A stretch of DNA of 36,997 nt from Rhodocyclales bacterium (GCA_021413665.1 JAIOPW010000032.1:1-36997); one strand, 5' to 3'; positions 1 through 8,637 are shown, numbered from the stretch's first letter. The notes: generated by a model not told the origin, from the sequence alone. Program-made: numbers and translations.

Positions 1-1
1 G

Positions 2-1033
2 ACGGTGGTCGAAGCGCCCGCCGGCAGCGAGATGAATCGTCCCGGATCCCATGCCGATGCGGCACAAAAGGCGGTTCCCGCCGTCGTGCATATTTTCACC
101 AGCCAGGAGATGAAGGGCGCCAAACATCCCTTCATCAACGATCCCATCTTCCGGCATTTCTTCGGCGACCGCTTCGGCGAGCAGGCCCAGCGCCGCTCGG
201 GGCTGGGCAGCGGAGTCGTGGTTTCCCCCGAAGGCTACATCCTGACCAACTTCCACGTCATCGACGGCGCCGACGAAATCGAGGTTGCGCACAACGACGG
301 ACGCAAGTACAAGGCCAGCGTGGTGGGCTCCGACCCCGAATCCGACCTGGCGGTGCTGCGCATCCCGGCCGACCACAAACTGCCGGTGATCGCCTTCGGC
401 AGCAGCGATACCCTGCGCGTCGGCGACTCGGTGCTGGCGATCGGCAATCCCTTCGGCGTCGGCCAGACCGTCACTTCCGGCATCGTCTCGGCGCTGGGCC
501 GCTCGCATCTGGGCATCAATACTTTCGAGAACTTCATCCAGACCGACGCCGCGATCAACCCCGGCAATTCCGGCGGCGCGCTGGTCGACGCCAACGGCCA
601 CCTGGTCGGCATCAACACGGCCATCTATTCGCAAAGCGGCGGTTCGATGGGCATCGGCTTCGCCATTCCCGTCTCGCTGGCGAAAAGCGTCATGGAGCAG
701 ATCGTCAGGACCGGCGGCGTGACGCGCGGCTGGGTCGGCATCGAAGTGCAGGAGATCACTCCGGAGCTTGCCGAATCCTTCAAACTGTCGGCCACCCAGG
801 GCGCGTTGATTGCCGGCGTGATGCGTGGCAGCCCGGCGGACAAGGCCGGCATCAAGCCGGGCGACGTGCTGGCCCGGGTAACCGGGAAGCAGGTGAAGGA
901 CGCCCAGGTCATGCTGGAACTGATTGCCGCGCTGGAGCCCGGCAAGACCGCGCGTTTCGACCTCAAGCGCGAGGGCCGCGATGTCGCAATCGATGTCACC
1001 ATCGGCAAGCGGCCGAAGCCGCCGAAGGAATAG
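2..1033 (+). CDS. HtrA-family (DegS/DegQ-like) serine endoprotease with one PDZ domain; 5' end is outside the window
   Basis: Trypsin triad motifs LTNFHV, ESDLAVL and TDAAINPGNSGG, followed by a single C-terminal PDZ (GSPADKAGIKPGDV). The frame is open to the window edge, so the N-terminus is missing. Confidence 0.93.
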   Translation, partial: TVVEAPAGSEMNRPGSHADAAQKAVPAVVHIFTSQEMKGAKHPFINDPIFRHFFGDRFGEQAQRRSGLGSGVVVSPEGYILTNFHVIDGADEIEVAHNDGRKYKASVVGSDPESDLAVLRIPADHKLPVIAFGSSDTLRVGDSVLAIGNPFGVGQTVTSGIVSALGRSHLGINTFENFIQTDAAINPGNSGGALVDANGHLVGINTAIYSQSGGSMGIGFAIPVSLAKSVMEQIVRTGGVTRGWVGIEVQEITPELAESFKLSATQGALIAGVMRGSPADKAGIKPGDVLARVTGKQVKDAQVMLELIAALEPGKTARFDLKREGRDVAIDVTIGKRPKPPKE

Positions 1034-1069
1034 CCGGTCCGCCTTCGCGGTCCGGGCGCCAAACGCCGG

Positions 1070-2125
1070 CTACCGAAGCGAGGCGTTGAGCGCCTCCAGC
1101 GCCTTGCCGCCGGGACACAGGTAGGCATCACCAAGCTGGTTGAGCGGCTTTTCCACCGTGTTCAGGTGGCGATGCAGATCCTCGGCGCTGCTGTCGACAT
1201 ACAACAGGCCGGTAACGATCTCGCCCAGCGCATGGCGTTCCTGCAGGTGATTCATGGCGCCGACGCGATCGGAGGGATCGTAGTCATTGCCCAGTTTGCG
1301 CAGATGCAGGATGGAGCCGTCATGCTGCACCACGCGACGCAGTGAGCCCGGCTCGTATGAGGCATTGATCTGGTCGCGCGGCAGGATGAAGTCGAGGCGA
1401 TTGACCGCCTCGTTGTGCTCGCGAACGTAGTCGTAACTCTTGGTCGATCCGGCGTGGTTGTTGAACGTGACGCAGGGGCTGATGACATCGATGACCGCGG
1501 GGCCGCGGTGGCGCAACGCGCCCTTGATCAGCGGGATCAACTGTTCCTTGTCGCCGGAAAAACTCCGCGCCACGTAGCTTGCGCCGAGTTGCAGGGCGAG
1601 CGCCATCAGGTCGATCGGGGTGTCGTTGTTGACCACGCCGCGCTTGTTCTTCGACCCCTTGTCGGTGGTGGCGGAGAACTGCCCCTTGGTCAGGCCATAG
1701 ACGCCGTTGTTTTCGACGATGTAGGTCATGTTCACGCCGCGCCGCATGGCGTGGGCAAATTGGCCGATGCCGATCGAAGCCGAATCGCCGTCGCCCGAAA
1801 CGCCCAGGTAGAGCAAATCGCGGTTGGCCAGCGCGGCGCCGGTCAACACCGACGGCATCCGTCCGTGCGTGGTGTTGAAGCCGTGCGAGGCGCCGAGGAA
1901 ATAATCCGGCGTCTTCGACGAGCAGCCGATGCCCGACAGCTTGGCCACCCGGTGCGGCTCGATGTCGAGGTCGAAACAGGCCTGCACCACCGCCGCGCTG
2001 ATGGAGTCGTGCCCGCAGCCGGCGCACAGCGTCGAGATGGCGCCTTCGTAGTCGCGGCGTGTGTAGCCGAGCGCATTCTTCGGGGCGTCCGCCCGCAGCA
2101 GCTTGGGTTTGGCTAGATAGGTCAT
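1070..2125 (-). CDS. korB: 2-oxoacid:ferredoxin/acceptor oxidoreductase beta subunit (TPP-binding)
   Basis: CAGCGH, SGIGCS and the TPP motif GDGD...ENNGVYGLTKGQ. ATGA overlap with the alpha subunit stop codon. Confidence 0.92.
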   Translation of the reverse strand: MTYLAKPKLLRADAPKNALGYTRRDYEGAISTLCAGCGHDSISAAVVQACFDLDIEPHRVAKLSGIGCSSKTPDYFLGASHGFNTTHGRMPSVLTGAALANRDLLYLGVSGDGDSASIGIGQFAHAMRRGVNMTYIVENNGVYGLTKGQFSATTDKGSKNKRGVVNNDTPIDLMALALQLGASYVARSFSGDKEQLIPLIKGALRHRGPAVIDVISPCVTFNNHAGSTKSYDYVREHNEAVNRLDFILPRDQINASYEPGSLRRVVQHDGSILHLRKLGNDYDPSDRVGAMNHLQERHALGEIVTGLLYVDSSAEDLHRHLNTVEKPLNQLGDAYLCPGGKALEALNASLR

Positions 2126-3972
2126 GAGGCCACCTGTTTGCGAATGGGAGTCACCTTGTGTTCCGCCAGGGCATCGGCGATCCGGCCCGAGATGAAGCGG
2201 GCGGTGATCGGCGTGCCGTCATAGTGCAGGACCCGGATCAGGCGCTTCGGATCCACTTCGCCCTCGGTCATCAGCAGCATGCGCATCTGGCCGCTTTCGT
2301 TCTGCTCGACGACGAAGACGTAGTCGTGGTCGTTGATGAAGTCGATGACCTCGTCGGCAAACGGGAAGCCGCGCACTCGCAGCGTATCGACATGGACGCC
2401 CTGCGCTTCCAGCAGCGCATAGGCCTCGGCCATGGCCGGGCTGGTCGAACCGTAGTAGATCGCGCCGAAGCGCGTCGGCTGCGAGGCCCGCTGCAACACC
2501 GGCGCCGGCACCAGCTTCTTGGCGGTCTCGAACTTGCGCCGCAGGCGCTCCATGTTGTAGACGTAGTCGGTTCCCGCTTCGCTGTATTTGGCGTAGGCGT
2601 TGCGCGTGGTGCCGCGGCTGAAGAAGGCGCCCTTGGTCGGATGCGTGCCGGGAATCGTGCGCCAGGGAATGCCGTCGCCGTCCACGTCGAGGTAGCGGCC
2701 GAAATTCTTGCCGGCTTCGAGTTCCTCGGCGCTCATGACCTTGCCTCTGTCGTAGCGACGCTGGTCATCCCAGTCGAATGGATGGCACAGCCGGTCGTTC
2801 ATGCCGATGTCAAGGTCGAGCAGGACGAAGACCGGTGTTTGCAGGCGGTCCGCGAGGTCGAAGGCCTGGGCACCGAGGGTGAAGCACTCATAGGGGTCTT
2901 CGGGAAACAGCAGCACATGCTTGGTGTCGCCGTGCGACGCGTAGGCGCAGGCGATCAGGTCGGACTGCTGGGTGCGCGTCGGCATGCCGGTGGAAGGCCC
3001 GCCGCGCTGCACGTTGAAAACCACCACCGGCACCTCGGCGAAATAGGCCAGGCCGAAAAACTCCTGCATCAGGGAAATGCCGGGGCCGGACGTGGCGGTA
3101 AAGGAACGTGCGCCGTTCCACGCCGCGCCGATCACCACGCCGATCGAGGCCAGTTCGTCCTCGGTCTGGACAATCGCGTAGCGTGCCATGCCGTTGTCGG
3201 GATCGGTGCGGTACTTGCGGCAATAGCTGCTGAAGGCCTCGATCACCGAAGTCGATGGCGTGATCGGGTACCAGCCCGCGACCGTTGCGCCGCCATAGAC
3301 GGCGCCCAAACCGCAGGCGTCGTTGCCGTTGATGAATATCTTGTCGCCCACTCCGTTGGCGCGCTCGACACGCAAACCGATCGGACAGGAGAAATTCGCC
3401 TTCGCGTAGTCGTACCCGAGCTTGAGGGCGTTGACGTTGGCGCCGATCAGCTTGTCCTTGCCGCGGTACTGGTCGGCAATCAGCTTTTCGACCACGGCGA
3501 AGTCCATGCCGAGCAGTGCCGCAAGCGCACCGACGTACATGATGTTCTTGAACAGTTGCCGCTGGCGCGGGTCGGTGTATTCGCGATTGCAGATCTCGGT
3601 GAGCGGAATGCCCAGCACCGTGATGTCGTCGCGGAATCGCGAGCGGGGCAGCGTCTTGGTCGAGTCATAAACGAGATAGCCGCCGGCTTCGATTTCCGCG
3701 ATGTCGCGGTCCCAGGTCTGCGGATTCATCGCCACCATGAGGTCGCAGCCGCCGCGACGCCCCAGCCAGCCAGCCGCCGAAACGCGCATCTCGTACCAGG
3801 TCGGCATGCCCAGGATGTAGGACGGAAAAATGTTGCGCGGCGCCACAGGCACACCCATGCGCATGATGGCGCGGGCGAACAGTTCGTTGGCCGAGGCCGA
3901 ACCGGAGCCGTTGACGTTGGCGAACTTGATGACGAAGTCGTTGCTGCTCTGGATGGGTTTCATGGCACTCAT
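2122..3972 (-). CDS. korA: 2-oxoacid:acceptor oxidoreductase alpha subunit (with fused gamma-like N-terminal domain)
   Basis: ANVNGSGS N-domain, WYPITPS, TATSGPGISLM and QRGGPSTGMPT. Start reassigned to ATG at 3972 (MSAMKPIQ), which overlaps the upstream stop (ATGA) and has AAGGA just upstream. Confidence 0.92.
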   Translation of the reverse strand: MSAMKPIQSSNDFVIKFANVNGSGSASANELFARAIMRMGVPVAPRNIFPSYILGMPTWYEMRVSAAGWLGRRGGCDLMVAMNPQTWDRDIAEIEAGGYLVYDSTKTLPRSRFRDDITVLGIPLTEICNREYTDPRQRQLFKNIMYVGALAALLGMDFAVVEKLIADQYRGKDKLIGANVNALKLGYDYAKANFSCPIGLRVERANGVGDKIFINGNDACGLGAVYGGATVAGWYPITPSTSVIEAFSSYCRKYRTDPDNGMARYAIVQTEDELASIGVVIGAAWNGARSFTATSGPGISLMQEFFGLAYFAEVPVVVFNVQRGGPSTGMPTRTQQSDLIACAYASHGDTKHVLLFPEDPYECFTLGAQAFDLADRLQTPVFVLLDLDIGMNDRLCHPFDWDDQRRYDRGKVMSAEELEAGKNFGRYLDVDGDGIPWRTIPGTHPTKGAFFSRGTTRNAYAKYSEAGTDYVYNMERLRRKFETAKKLVPAPVLQRASQPTRFGAIYYGSTSPAMAEAYALLEAQGVHVDTLRVRGFPFADEVIDFINDHDYVFVVEQNESGQMRMLLMTEGEVDPKRLIRVLHYDGTPITARFISGRIADALAEHKVTPIRKQVAS

Positions 3973-5756
3973 GTCCTTCTCGCTTCGGTCCCGGCTTCGG
4001 CGCATTGCAGGAAGAATTTCTGCATGTCCCAGGCGCCCGTGGGGCAACGCTCGGCGCACATGCCGCAATGCAGGCAAATGTTTTCGTCCTTGACCATGAC
4101 CCGCCCGGTCTTCAGCGTATCGGAGACATACAACGCCTGGTCGCGGATCTTCGCCGGCGCCTTGAGGCGGCCGCGCAGGTCGTCCTCCTCGCCGTTGGCG
4201 GTGAAGGTGATGCATTCCGTCGGACAGATATCGACGCAGGCGTCGCATTCGATGCAGGTCTTGACCGTGAAAACCGTTTCGATGTCGCAGTTGAGGCAGC
4301 GCTCGGCCTCGGCGCAGGCCATGAAGGGATCGAAACCGAGTTCGAGTTCCAGCTTGATGTCCTTGAGCGTCTTTTCCAGCGCCTTGACCGGAACCTTCTT
4401 GCGTTCCTCCTCGGACACCTGGTTGTCGTAGCTCCACTCGTGGATGCCCATCTTCTGGCTGACGAGGTTGACCATGGGCGGCGGGCGCTTCAACTGGTCC
4501 TTGCCGCGACAGAACAGGTCGATCGAAATTGCGGCTTCATGGCCCTGGGCCGCGGCGGTGATGATGTTCTTCGGGCCGAGCGCCGCGTCGCCGCCGAAAA
4601 AGACTTTCGGCAGCGTCGATTGCAGGGTCGCCTCGTTCAAAACCGGCATGCCCCACTTGTCGAATTCGAGGCCGATGTCCTTCTCGATCCAGGGGAAGGC
4701 ATTCTCCTGGCCGATGGCGACCAGGACTTCGTCGCAGGCATGGAACTCGTCGGGCTCCCCGGTCGGAATCAGGCTGCGCCGCCCCTTGGCGTCGTATTCG
4801 GCACGCACGATCTCGAACAGTACACCCGTCAACGTGCCATTCTCGTGGCGGAACTCCTTGGGCACACGCATGTTAAGGATGGGAATGCCTTCGTGGATGG
4901 CCTCTTCCTTCTCCCAGGGCGAGGCTTTCATTTCCTCGAAGCCGCTGCGCACGATGACCTTGACATCCTCGCCGCCCATGCGTCGCGCGGAGCGGCAGCA
5001 GTCCATCGCCGTGTTGCCGCCGCCGAGCACGATCACGCGCCTGGCGATTTTCGTCGTATGGCCGAAAGCGACGTTGGCCAGCCAGTCGATGCCGATCTGG
5101 ATATGCGCGGCGGCTTCCTGGCGCCCAGGAATCTCGGCATCGCGTCCGCGCGGTGCGCCGGTGCCGACGAACACGGCATCCCAGCCTTCGGCGAGCACAT
5201 CCTTCAGGCTCTTGACCCAGTGGTTGAAATACGCCTCGACGCCGAGGTCGAGGATGTAGCCGCACTCCTCGTCGATGACGCTGTCGGGCAGGCGAAACTT
5301 GGGAATCTGGCTGCGCACCATGCCGCCCGGCGTGGCGCCGCTGTCGAAGATGCTGACCTGATAGCCGATTACCGCCAGGTCGCGCGCCACCGTCAGTGAC
5401 GCCGGGCCACAGCCGATGCAGGCAACGCGCTTGCCGTTCTTTTTTTCCGGCGCCAGAGGAAGCCGGTCGCGGATGTCGTCCTTGAGATCGGCGGCGACAC
5501 GCTTGAGGCGGCAGATGGCCACCGGTTCCTTGTCCACACGGCCACGCCGGCAGGCGGGCTCGCAGGGACGGTCGCAGACGCGGCCGAGAATTCCCGGAAA
5601 GACATTGGATCGCCAGTTGATCATGTAGGCATCCGAGTAGCGACCCGCGGCAATCAGGCGGATGTATTCGGGAACGGGGGTGTGGGCCGGACATGCCCAC
5701 TGGCAATCCACGACTTTGTGAAAATATTCGTGGGCGCCGATGTTCGTCGGTTTCAC
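3969..5756 (-). CDS. GltD/NfnB-like FAD/NAD(P)H oxidoreductase with C-terminal 2x[4Fe-4S] ferredoxin domain (KorC-like third subunit)
   Basis: CQWACPAH and LGRVCDRPCEPAC N-terminal clusters, IGCGPAS, GGGNTAMDC, RCLNC, CIECDACVDICP and CLHCGMCAERCP. Probable GTG start at 5756 with GGAG upstream. Confidence 0.88.
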   Translation of the reverse strand: MKPTNIGAHEYFHKVVDCQWACPAHTPVPEYIRLIAAGRYSDAYMINWRSNVFPGILGRVCDRPCEPACRRGRVDKEPVAICRLKRVAADLKDDIRDRLPLAPEKKNGKRVACIGCGPASLTVARDLAVIGYQVSIFDSGATPGGMVRSQIPKFRLPDSVIDEECGYILDLGVEAYFNHWVKSLKDVLAEGWDAVFVGTGAPRGRDAEIPGRQEAAAHIQIGIDWLANVAFGHTTKIARRVIVLGGGNTAMDCCRSARRMGGEDVKVIVRSGFEEMKASPWEKEEAIHEGIPILNMRVPKEFRHENGTLTGVLFEIVRAEYDAKGRRSLIPTGEPDEFHACDEVLVAIGQENAFPWIEKDIGLEFDKWGMPVLNEATLQSTLPKVFFGGDAALGPKNIITAAAQGHEAAISIDLFCRGKDQLKRPPPMVNLVSQKMGIHEWSYDNQVSEEERKKVPVKALEKTLKDIKLELELGFDPFMACAEAERCLNCDIETVFTVKTCIECDACVDICPTECITFTANGEEDDLRGRLKAPAKIRDQALYVSDTLKTGRVMVKDENICLHCGMCAERCPTGAWDMQKFFLQCAEAGTEARRT

Positions 5757-5820
5757 GTGTGCTCGGTCTCCGGTCACGGGGTACTGCGGCAGGATCGGCA
5801 ACGGCTCGCCGACCGCGGGA

Positions 5821-5840
5821 ATGGTGCACTGTAGCACCGT
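5821..5840 (-). promoter_or_regulatory. Putative extended -10 (TGcTACAGT) of the kor operon embedded in an inverted repeat (possible operator)
   Basis: ATGGTGC-ACTGTA-GCACCGT imperfect palindrome. On the minus strand it reads TGCTACAGT about 70 bp upstream of the GTG start. Confidence 0.4.
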
Positions 5841-5958
5841 CTGGCGCCGAGCAAAACCGGGGACGGAAGCGACTGAAAAAAACAACCCGGCGCTTTTCAC
5901 GTGCGGCCAAAAATCGGCTAGTCTTTGCACTTCCCTACCAGTCTTGTGGTGATTCATC

Positions 5959-6678
5959 ATGGCCCTGCGAGCGATCATTTTCGATGTCGACGGAACCCTT
6001 GCCAATACGGAGCGCGACGGCCATCGCCCGGCGTTCAACGCGGCCTTTGCCGAGGTGGGGCTGTCCTGGCACTGGGATGAGGCTTTCTACGGCACGCTGC
6101 TCGACGTGGCCGGCGGCCTGGAGAGGATTCGTCACTACGCCGAGCAGTTCGATCCCGCCACGCAGGCACGGCCCGACTTTGAAGACCTGCTGCGCCGCAT
6201 CCACGACATCAAGACACGAAACTACCAGCGGCTGCTCGCCGCCGGCGCGATTCCGCTGCGCGCCGACATCGGCCAGTTGATTTGCGACGCGCGCACCGAG
6301 GGCGTACGCCTTGCAATCGCATCGAGCTCGAAGCTGGAGAATGTGGTCGGCCTGTTGCGCGCCAATCTGGGCCCCAATGCCGACACCTGGTTCGACGCCA
6401 TTGCTTCGGGCAATGTCCCGGCGGCGAAGAAGCCCTCGCCGGAACTCTACCTGTGGACCCTCAAGCAACTCAACCTGCCCGCGCGCGACTGCCTGGCCGT
6501 GGAGGATTCCGCGCATGGACTGACCGCGGCATTGGCGGCCGGGATTCCGACGGTGATCACCGTCAGCGATTACACGATCAACGAGAATTTCGACGGCGCA
6601 CGCATGGTCCTGCCTGAAGCCGACCAGGTGTCACTTGACAAGCTGCGTCTGTGGCACGCCACCGCCAGCACGTCCTGA
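5959..6678 (+). CDS. cbbY: CbbY-like HAD-superfamily phosphatase
   Basis: FDVDGTLANTERDGHRPAFNAAF..W.WD...Y..LL...GG.ERI N-terminus typical of CbbY, plus KKPSPELY and VEDSAHG motifs. Confidence 0.8.
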   Translation: MALRAIIFDVDGTLANTERDGHRPAFNAAFAEVGLSWHWDEAFYGTLLDVAGGLERIRHYAEQFDPATQARPDFEDLLRRIHDIKTRNYQRLLAAGAIPLRADIGQLICDARTEGVRLAIASSSKLENVVGLLRANLGPNADTWFDAIASGNVPAAKKPSPELYLWTLKQLNLPARDCLAVEDSAHGLTAALAAGIPTVITVSDYTINENFDGARMVLPEADQVSLDKLRLWHATASTS

Positions 6679-6688
6679 CACGCGCTGC

Positions 6689-6710
6689 GCGGCCGGGACA
6701 GGCCGCTTTT
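6689..6710 (+). terminator. Putative intrinsic terminator after cbbY
   Basis: GCGGCC-GGGACA-GGCCGC hairpin followed by TTTT, 10 bp after the stop codon and between convergent genes. Confidence 0.5.
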
Positions 6711-6715
6711 CCGGC

Positions 6716-7759
6716 CTACTGTGCCGGTCCCCAGCGCACCACGGTGGCGCCCCACACGTAACCGATGCCGGCGGCGATGGCCACCATCAGGTCACCATCT
6801 TTCAGGCGGCCCTGCCGTAGCCCTTCGTGGATCGAAAGCATCAGGTCCACCTGGCCGAGGTGGCCGTAGTTTTCCAGATATACCGACTGCTCGATCCCGA
6901 GGTCCAGGGTCTCCAGCAGGCTGGCATGCATCGAGCGCTTGAAATGCAGCACGTTGAGGAAATCGATGTCGGCGCGCGTCGCACCGCTCTTTGCCAGCGC
7001 CTTGTCGATGCAAGCCAGCCAGTTCGGCATCGAAACTTCGTTGAGGCGAGCCTTCATGTGCTCGGGTTCGAATACACGCAGACTGAGGTTGCCGCGCGCG
7101 CGCAGCACCGCCAGTTCCGCCTCCGGCAGCGACTCGATCGGATGCTCGGTGCCGCCGAGCCAGACGCCAACGTCACGCGCCAGCGAACCGTCGGTGATGA
7201 TGTGGCTGCCAAGCACGAGATTGCGGCCCAGATTGCGGCGCAGGATCAGCGCACCGGCGCCGGCCGCCAGATCGAACATGAAGGACACGGCTGAGTCGCG
7301 GAAGTCGATCAGGTCGCCGTTGCGATAGCCGCCGACGATCATCACCGTGGCGATCTCCGGATCGGCGATCAGCATGTCCTTGGCGATCTTGATTGCGGCC
7401 ACGCTGGTATTGCAGCGCTGCTGGATGTCGATGCCCCAGGCGCGGTGGGCGCCGATGCGTTCCTGGATGTAGATGGCCGAAGTGGTCAGCGGATATTCCT
7501 TCCATTCCTCGCCCATGCACAGGATCAGGTCGATCTCCAGCGGATCGATGCCGGTGCGTGCGATGGCGTCCAGCGCGGCGCGGGCGCCCATCTCCTGGGT
7601 GCCGTCCTCGGGTCCGGGAATGCTCTTCCTGACGATGCCGAGCTTTTCGCGCACCGCTTCTTCGCTCCAGGCGCCACCGGTGGCCGCCGCGATGTCCGCC
7701 GCGCTCATGTGCCGATCCGGCAGGTAAAACCCATAGCCCAGTACTCCGACGTGATTCAT
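6716..7759 (-). CDS. 3-oxoacyl-ACP synthase III (FabH/KAS III)-fold enzyme with non-canonical active site
   Basis: FabH-like layout: G.YLP, DIQQRCNT (catalytic Cys), AAGAGALIL, LNVLH, ENYGHLGQVD and AAGIGYVWGA. Start ATG 7759 overlaps the upstream stop, with GGAG RBS. Confidence 0.85.
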   Translation of the reverse strand: MNHVGVLGYGFYLPDRHMSAADIAAATGGAWSEEAVREKLGIVRKSIPGPEDGTQEMGARAALDAIARTGIDPLEIDLILCMGEEWKEYPLTTSAIYIQERIGAHRAWGIDIQQRCNTSVAAIKIAKDMLIADPEIATVMIVGGYRNGDLIDFRDSAVSFMFDLAAGAGALILRRNLGRNLVLGSHIITDGSLARDVGVWLGGTEHPIESLPEAELAVLRARGNLSLRVFEPEHMKARLNEVSMPNWLACIDKALAKSGATRADIDFLNVLHFKRSMHASLLETLDLGIEQSVYLENYGHLGQVDLMLSIHEGLRQGRLKDGDLMVAIAAGIGYVWGATVVRWGPAQ

Positions 7760-8637
7760 GTGTTCTCCGTCTTCTGTTCCAGTTTGCTTTCCAGATTGCG
7801 CACCAGCACCAGCGCCTCGCCGTCGCAGACCACGCGACCGTCGGCGGCGCAGACCCGGGTGGCGAGGTTGACCAGTTCCTTTCCGGCCCGCAGGCGCGTG
7901 ATCGTCACCGTCGCCGTCAGCGCCTCGCCGGGATGGGCGGCCGAGGGATAGCGCAGGGACTGCTTCATCCACCCGGTGCCGCGCCCCGGCAGGCGCGTGC
8001 CGAGCAGGTCGGAGAACATGCCGGCGAGCAAGGGCCAGGGCACGATGCGGCGCTTGAAGCCGCGCGCCCTGGCTTCAAGGTCGTCGCGGAAGATCGGATT
8101 GCGATCGCCGGTGAGGTCGCCGTATTCGTCGAGGTCGGCGGTGGCGAAGGTGCGCGTGGTGCTGGCGCTCATGCCGGGACGCAGGCCATAGAGTTCGGCA
8201 TCACCCTCTTCGGTCGAATGCGGCGCCGGTGCCACGCCCGGCAGGGGTGCGGAGGGCGCGACCACGCGGCAGCGGCCGGTTGCGGTTGGAACCGCCGTGC
8301 CGCCAGCACCGACTTTCGATACGTCGGTAGCGATGTCCAGCATTCCCTCGGCATCCGCTTCCAGCTCCAGATTGACATCGAGACGATCGCCGACATAGGT
8401 CGCGCTGGGAAACATCAGCGTCTGTTCGAGTTGCACGACGCCGGGGCCGACCTGTTCCGTCAACGCCTTGCAGATGCAACTGTAGAGCATCATGCCGTGG
8501 GCCACGGTGGCGCCGAAATGGCTCTTGGCGGCGAAGTCCGGATCGCAATGGATCGGATTGTCATCGTGGCTGAGTCGCGCGAAGCGGTCGAAATCGGTTT
8601 GCAACAGGACGCGCTGGGTGGTGCTGGGCAGTGTCAT
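7756..8637 (-). CDS. Tandem MaoC/PhaJ-like (R)-specific enoyl-CoA hydratase (double hotdog)
   Basis: N-domain SHDDNPIHCDPDFA...VAHGMML. C-domain TGDRNPIFRD...LGTRLPGRGT..KQSLRY. Start ATG 8637 overlaps the ligase stop (ATGA). Confidence 0.82.
   Translation of the reverse strand: MTLPSTTQRVLLQTDFDRFARLSHDDNPIHCDPDFAAKSHFGATVAHGMMLYSCICKALTEQVGPGVVQLEQTLMFPSATYVGDRLDVNLELEADAEGMLDIATDVSKVGAGGTAVPTATGRCRVVAPSAPLPGVAPAPHSTEEGDAELYGLRPGMSASTTRTFATADLDEYGDLTGDRNPIFRDDLEARARGFKRRIVPWPLLAGMFSDLLGTRLPGRGTGWMKQSLRYPSAAHPGEALTATVTITRLRAGKELVNLATRVCAADGRVVCDGEALVLVRNLESKLEQKTENT

Noticed and set aside
1031-1072. TAGCCGG...CCGGCTA inverted repeat spanning the convergent protease and korB stop codons, as a mobile-element end or terminator
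   Set aside because: It is only 7 bp, has no U-tract and has no matching copy at the other end of the accessory block.
2158-4431. 757-aa plus-strand ORF, and similar long antisense ORFs (4005-5399, 8631-10193, 10892-12490, 16080-17387, 27651-29126)
   Set aside because: They mirror well-supported minus-strand genes and carry no recognisable motifs. Long shadow ORFs are expected in GC-rich, codon-biased DNA.
3973-4437. N-terminal extensions in the ORF track (korA to 4437; likewise livH to 15341, hisF to 21135, tatC to 18621, hisD to 27497, bolA to 29649)
   Set aside because: The extensions overlap upstream genes in another frame and are low-complexity Arg/Pro-rich. Better starts with RBS or stop/start coupling exist, so these are not fusions or frameshifts.
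3969-5756. Calling the flavo-Fe-S protein gltD or dsrL
   Set aside because: There are no gltB or dsr genes nearby. Its translational coupling to korA/korB favours a KorC-type role.
5914-5930. Possible sigma54 promoter upstream of cbbY (CGGCTAGTCTTTGCA)
   Set aside because: The GG-to-GC spacing is 9 nt rather than the required 10.
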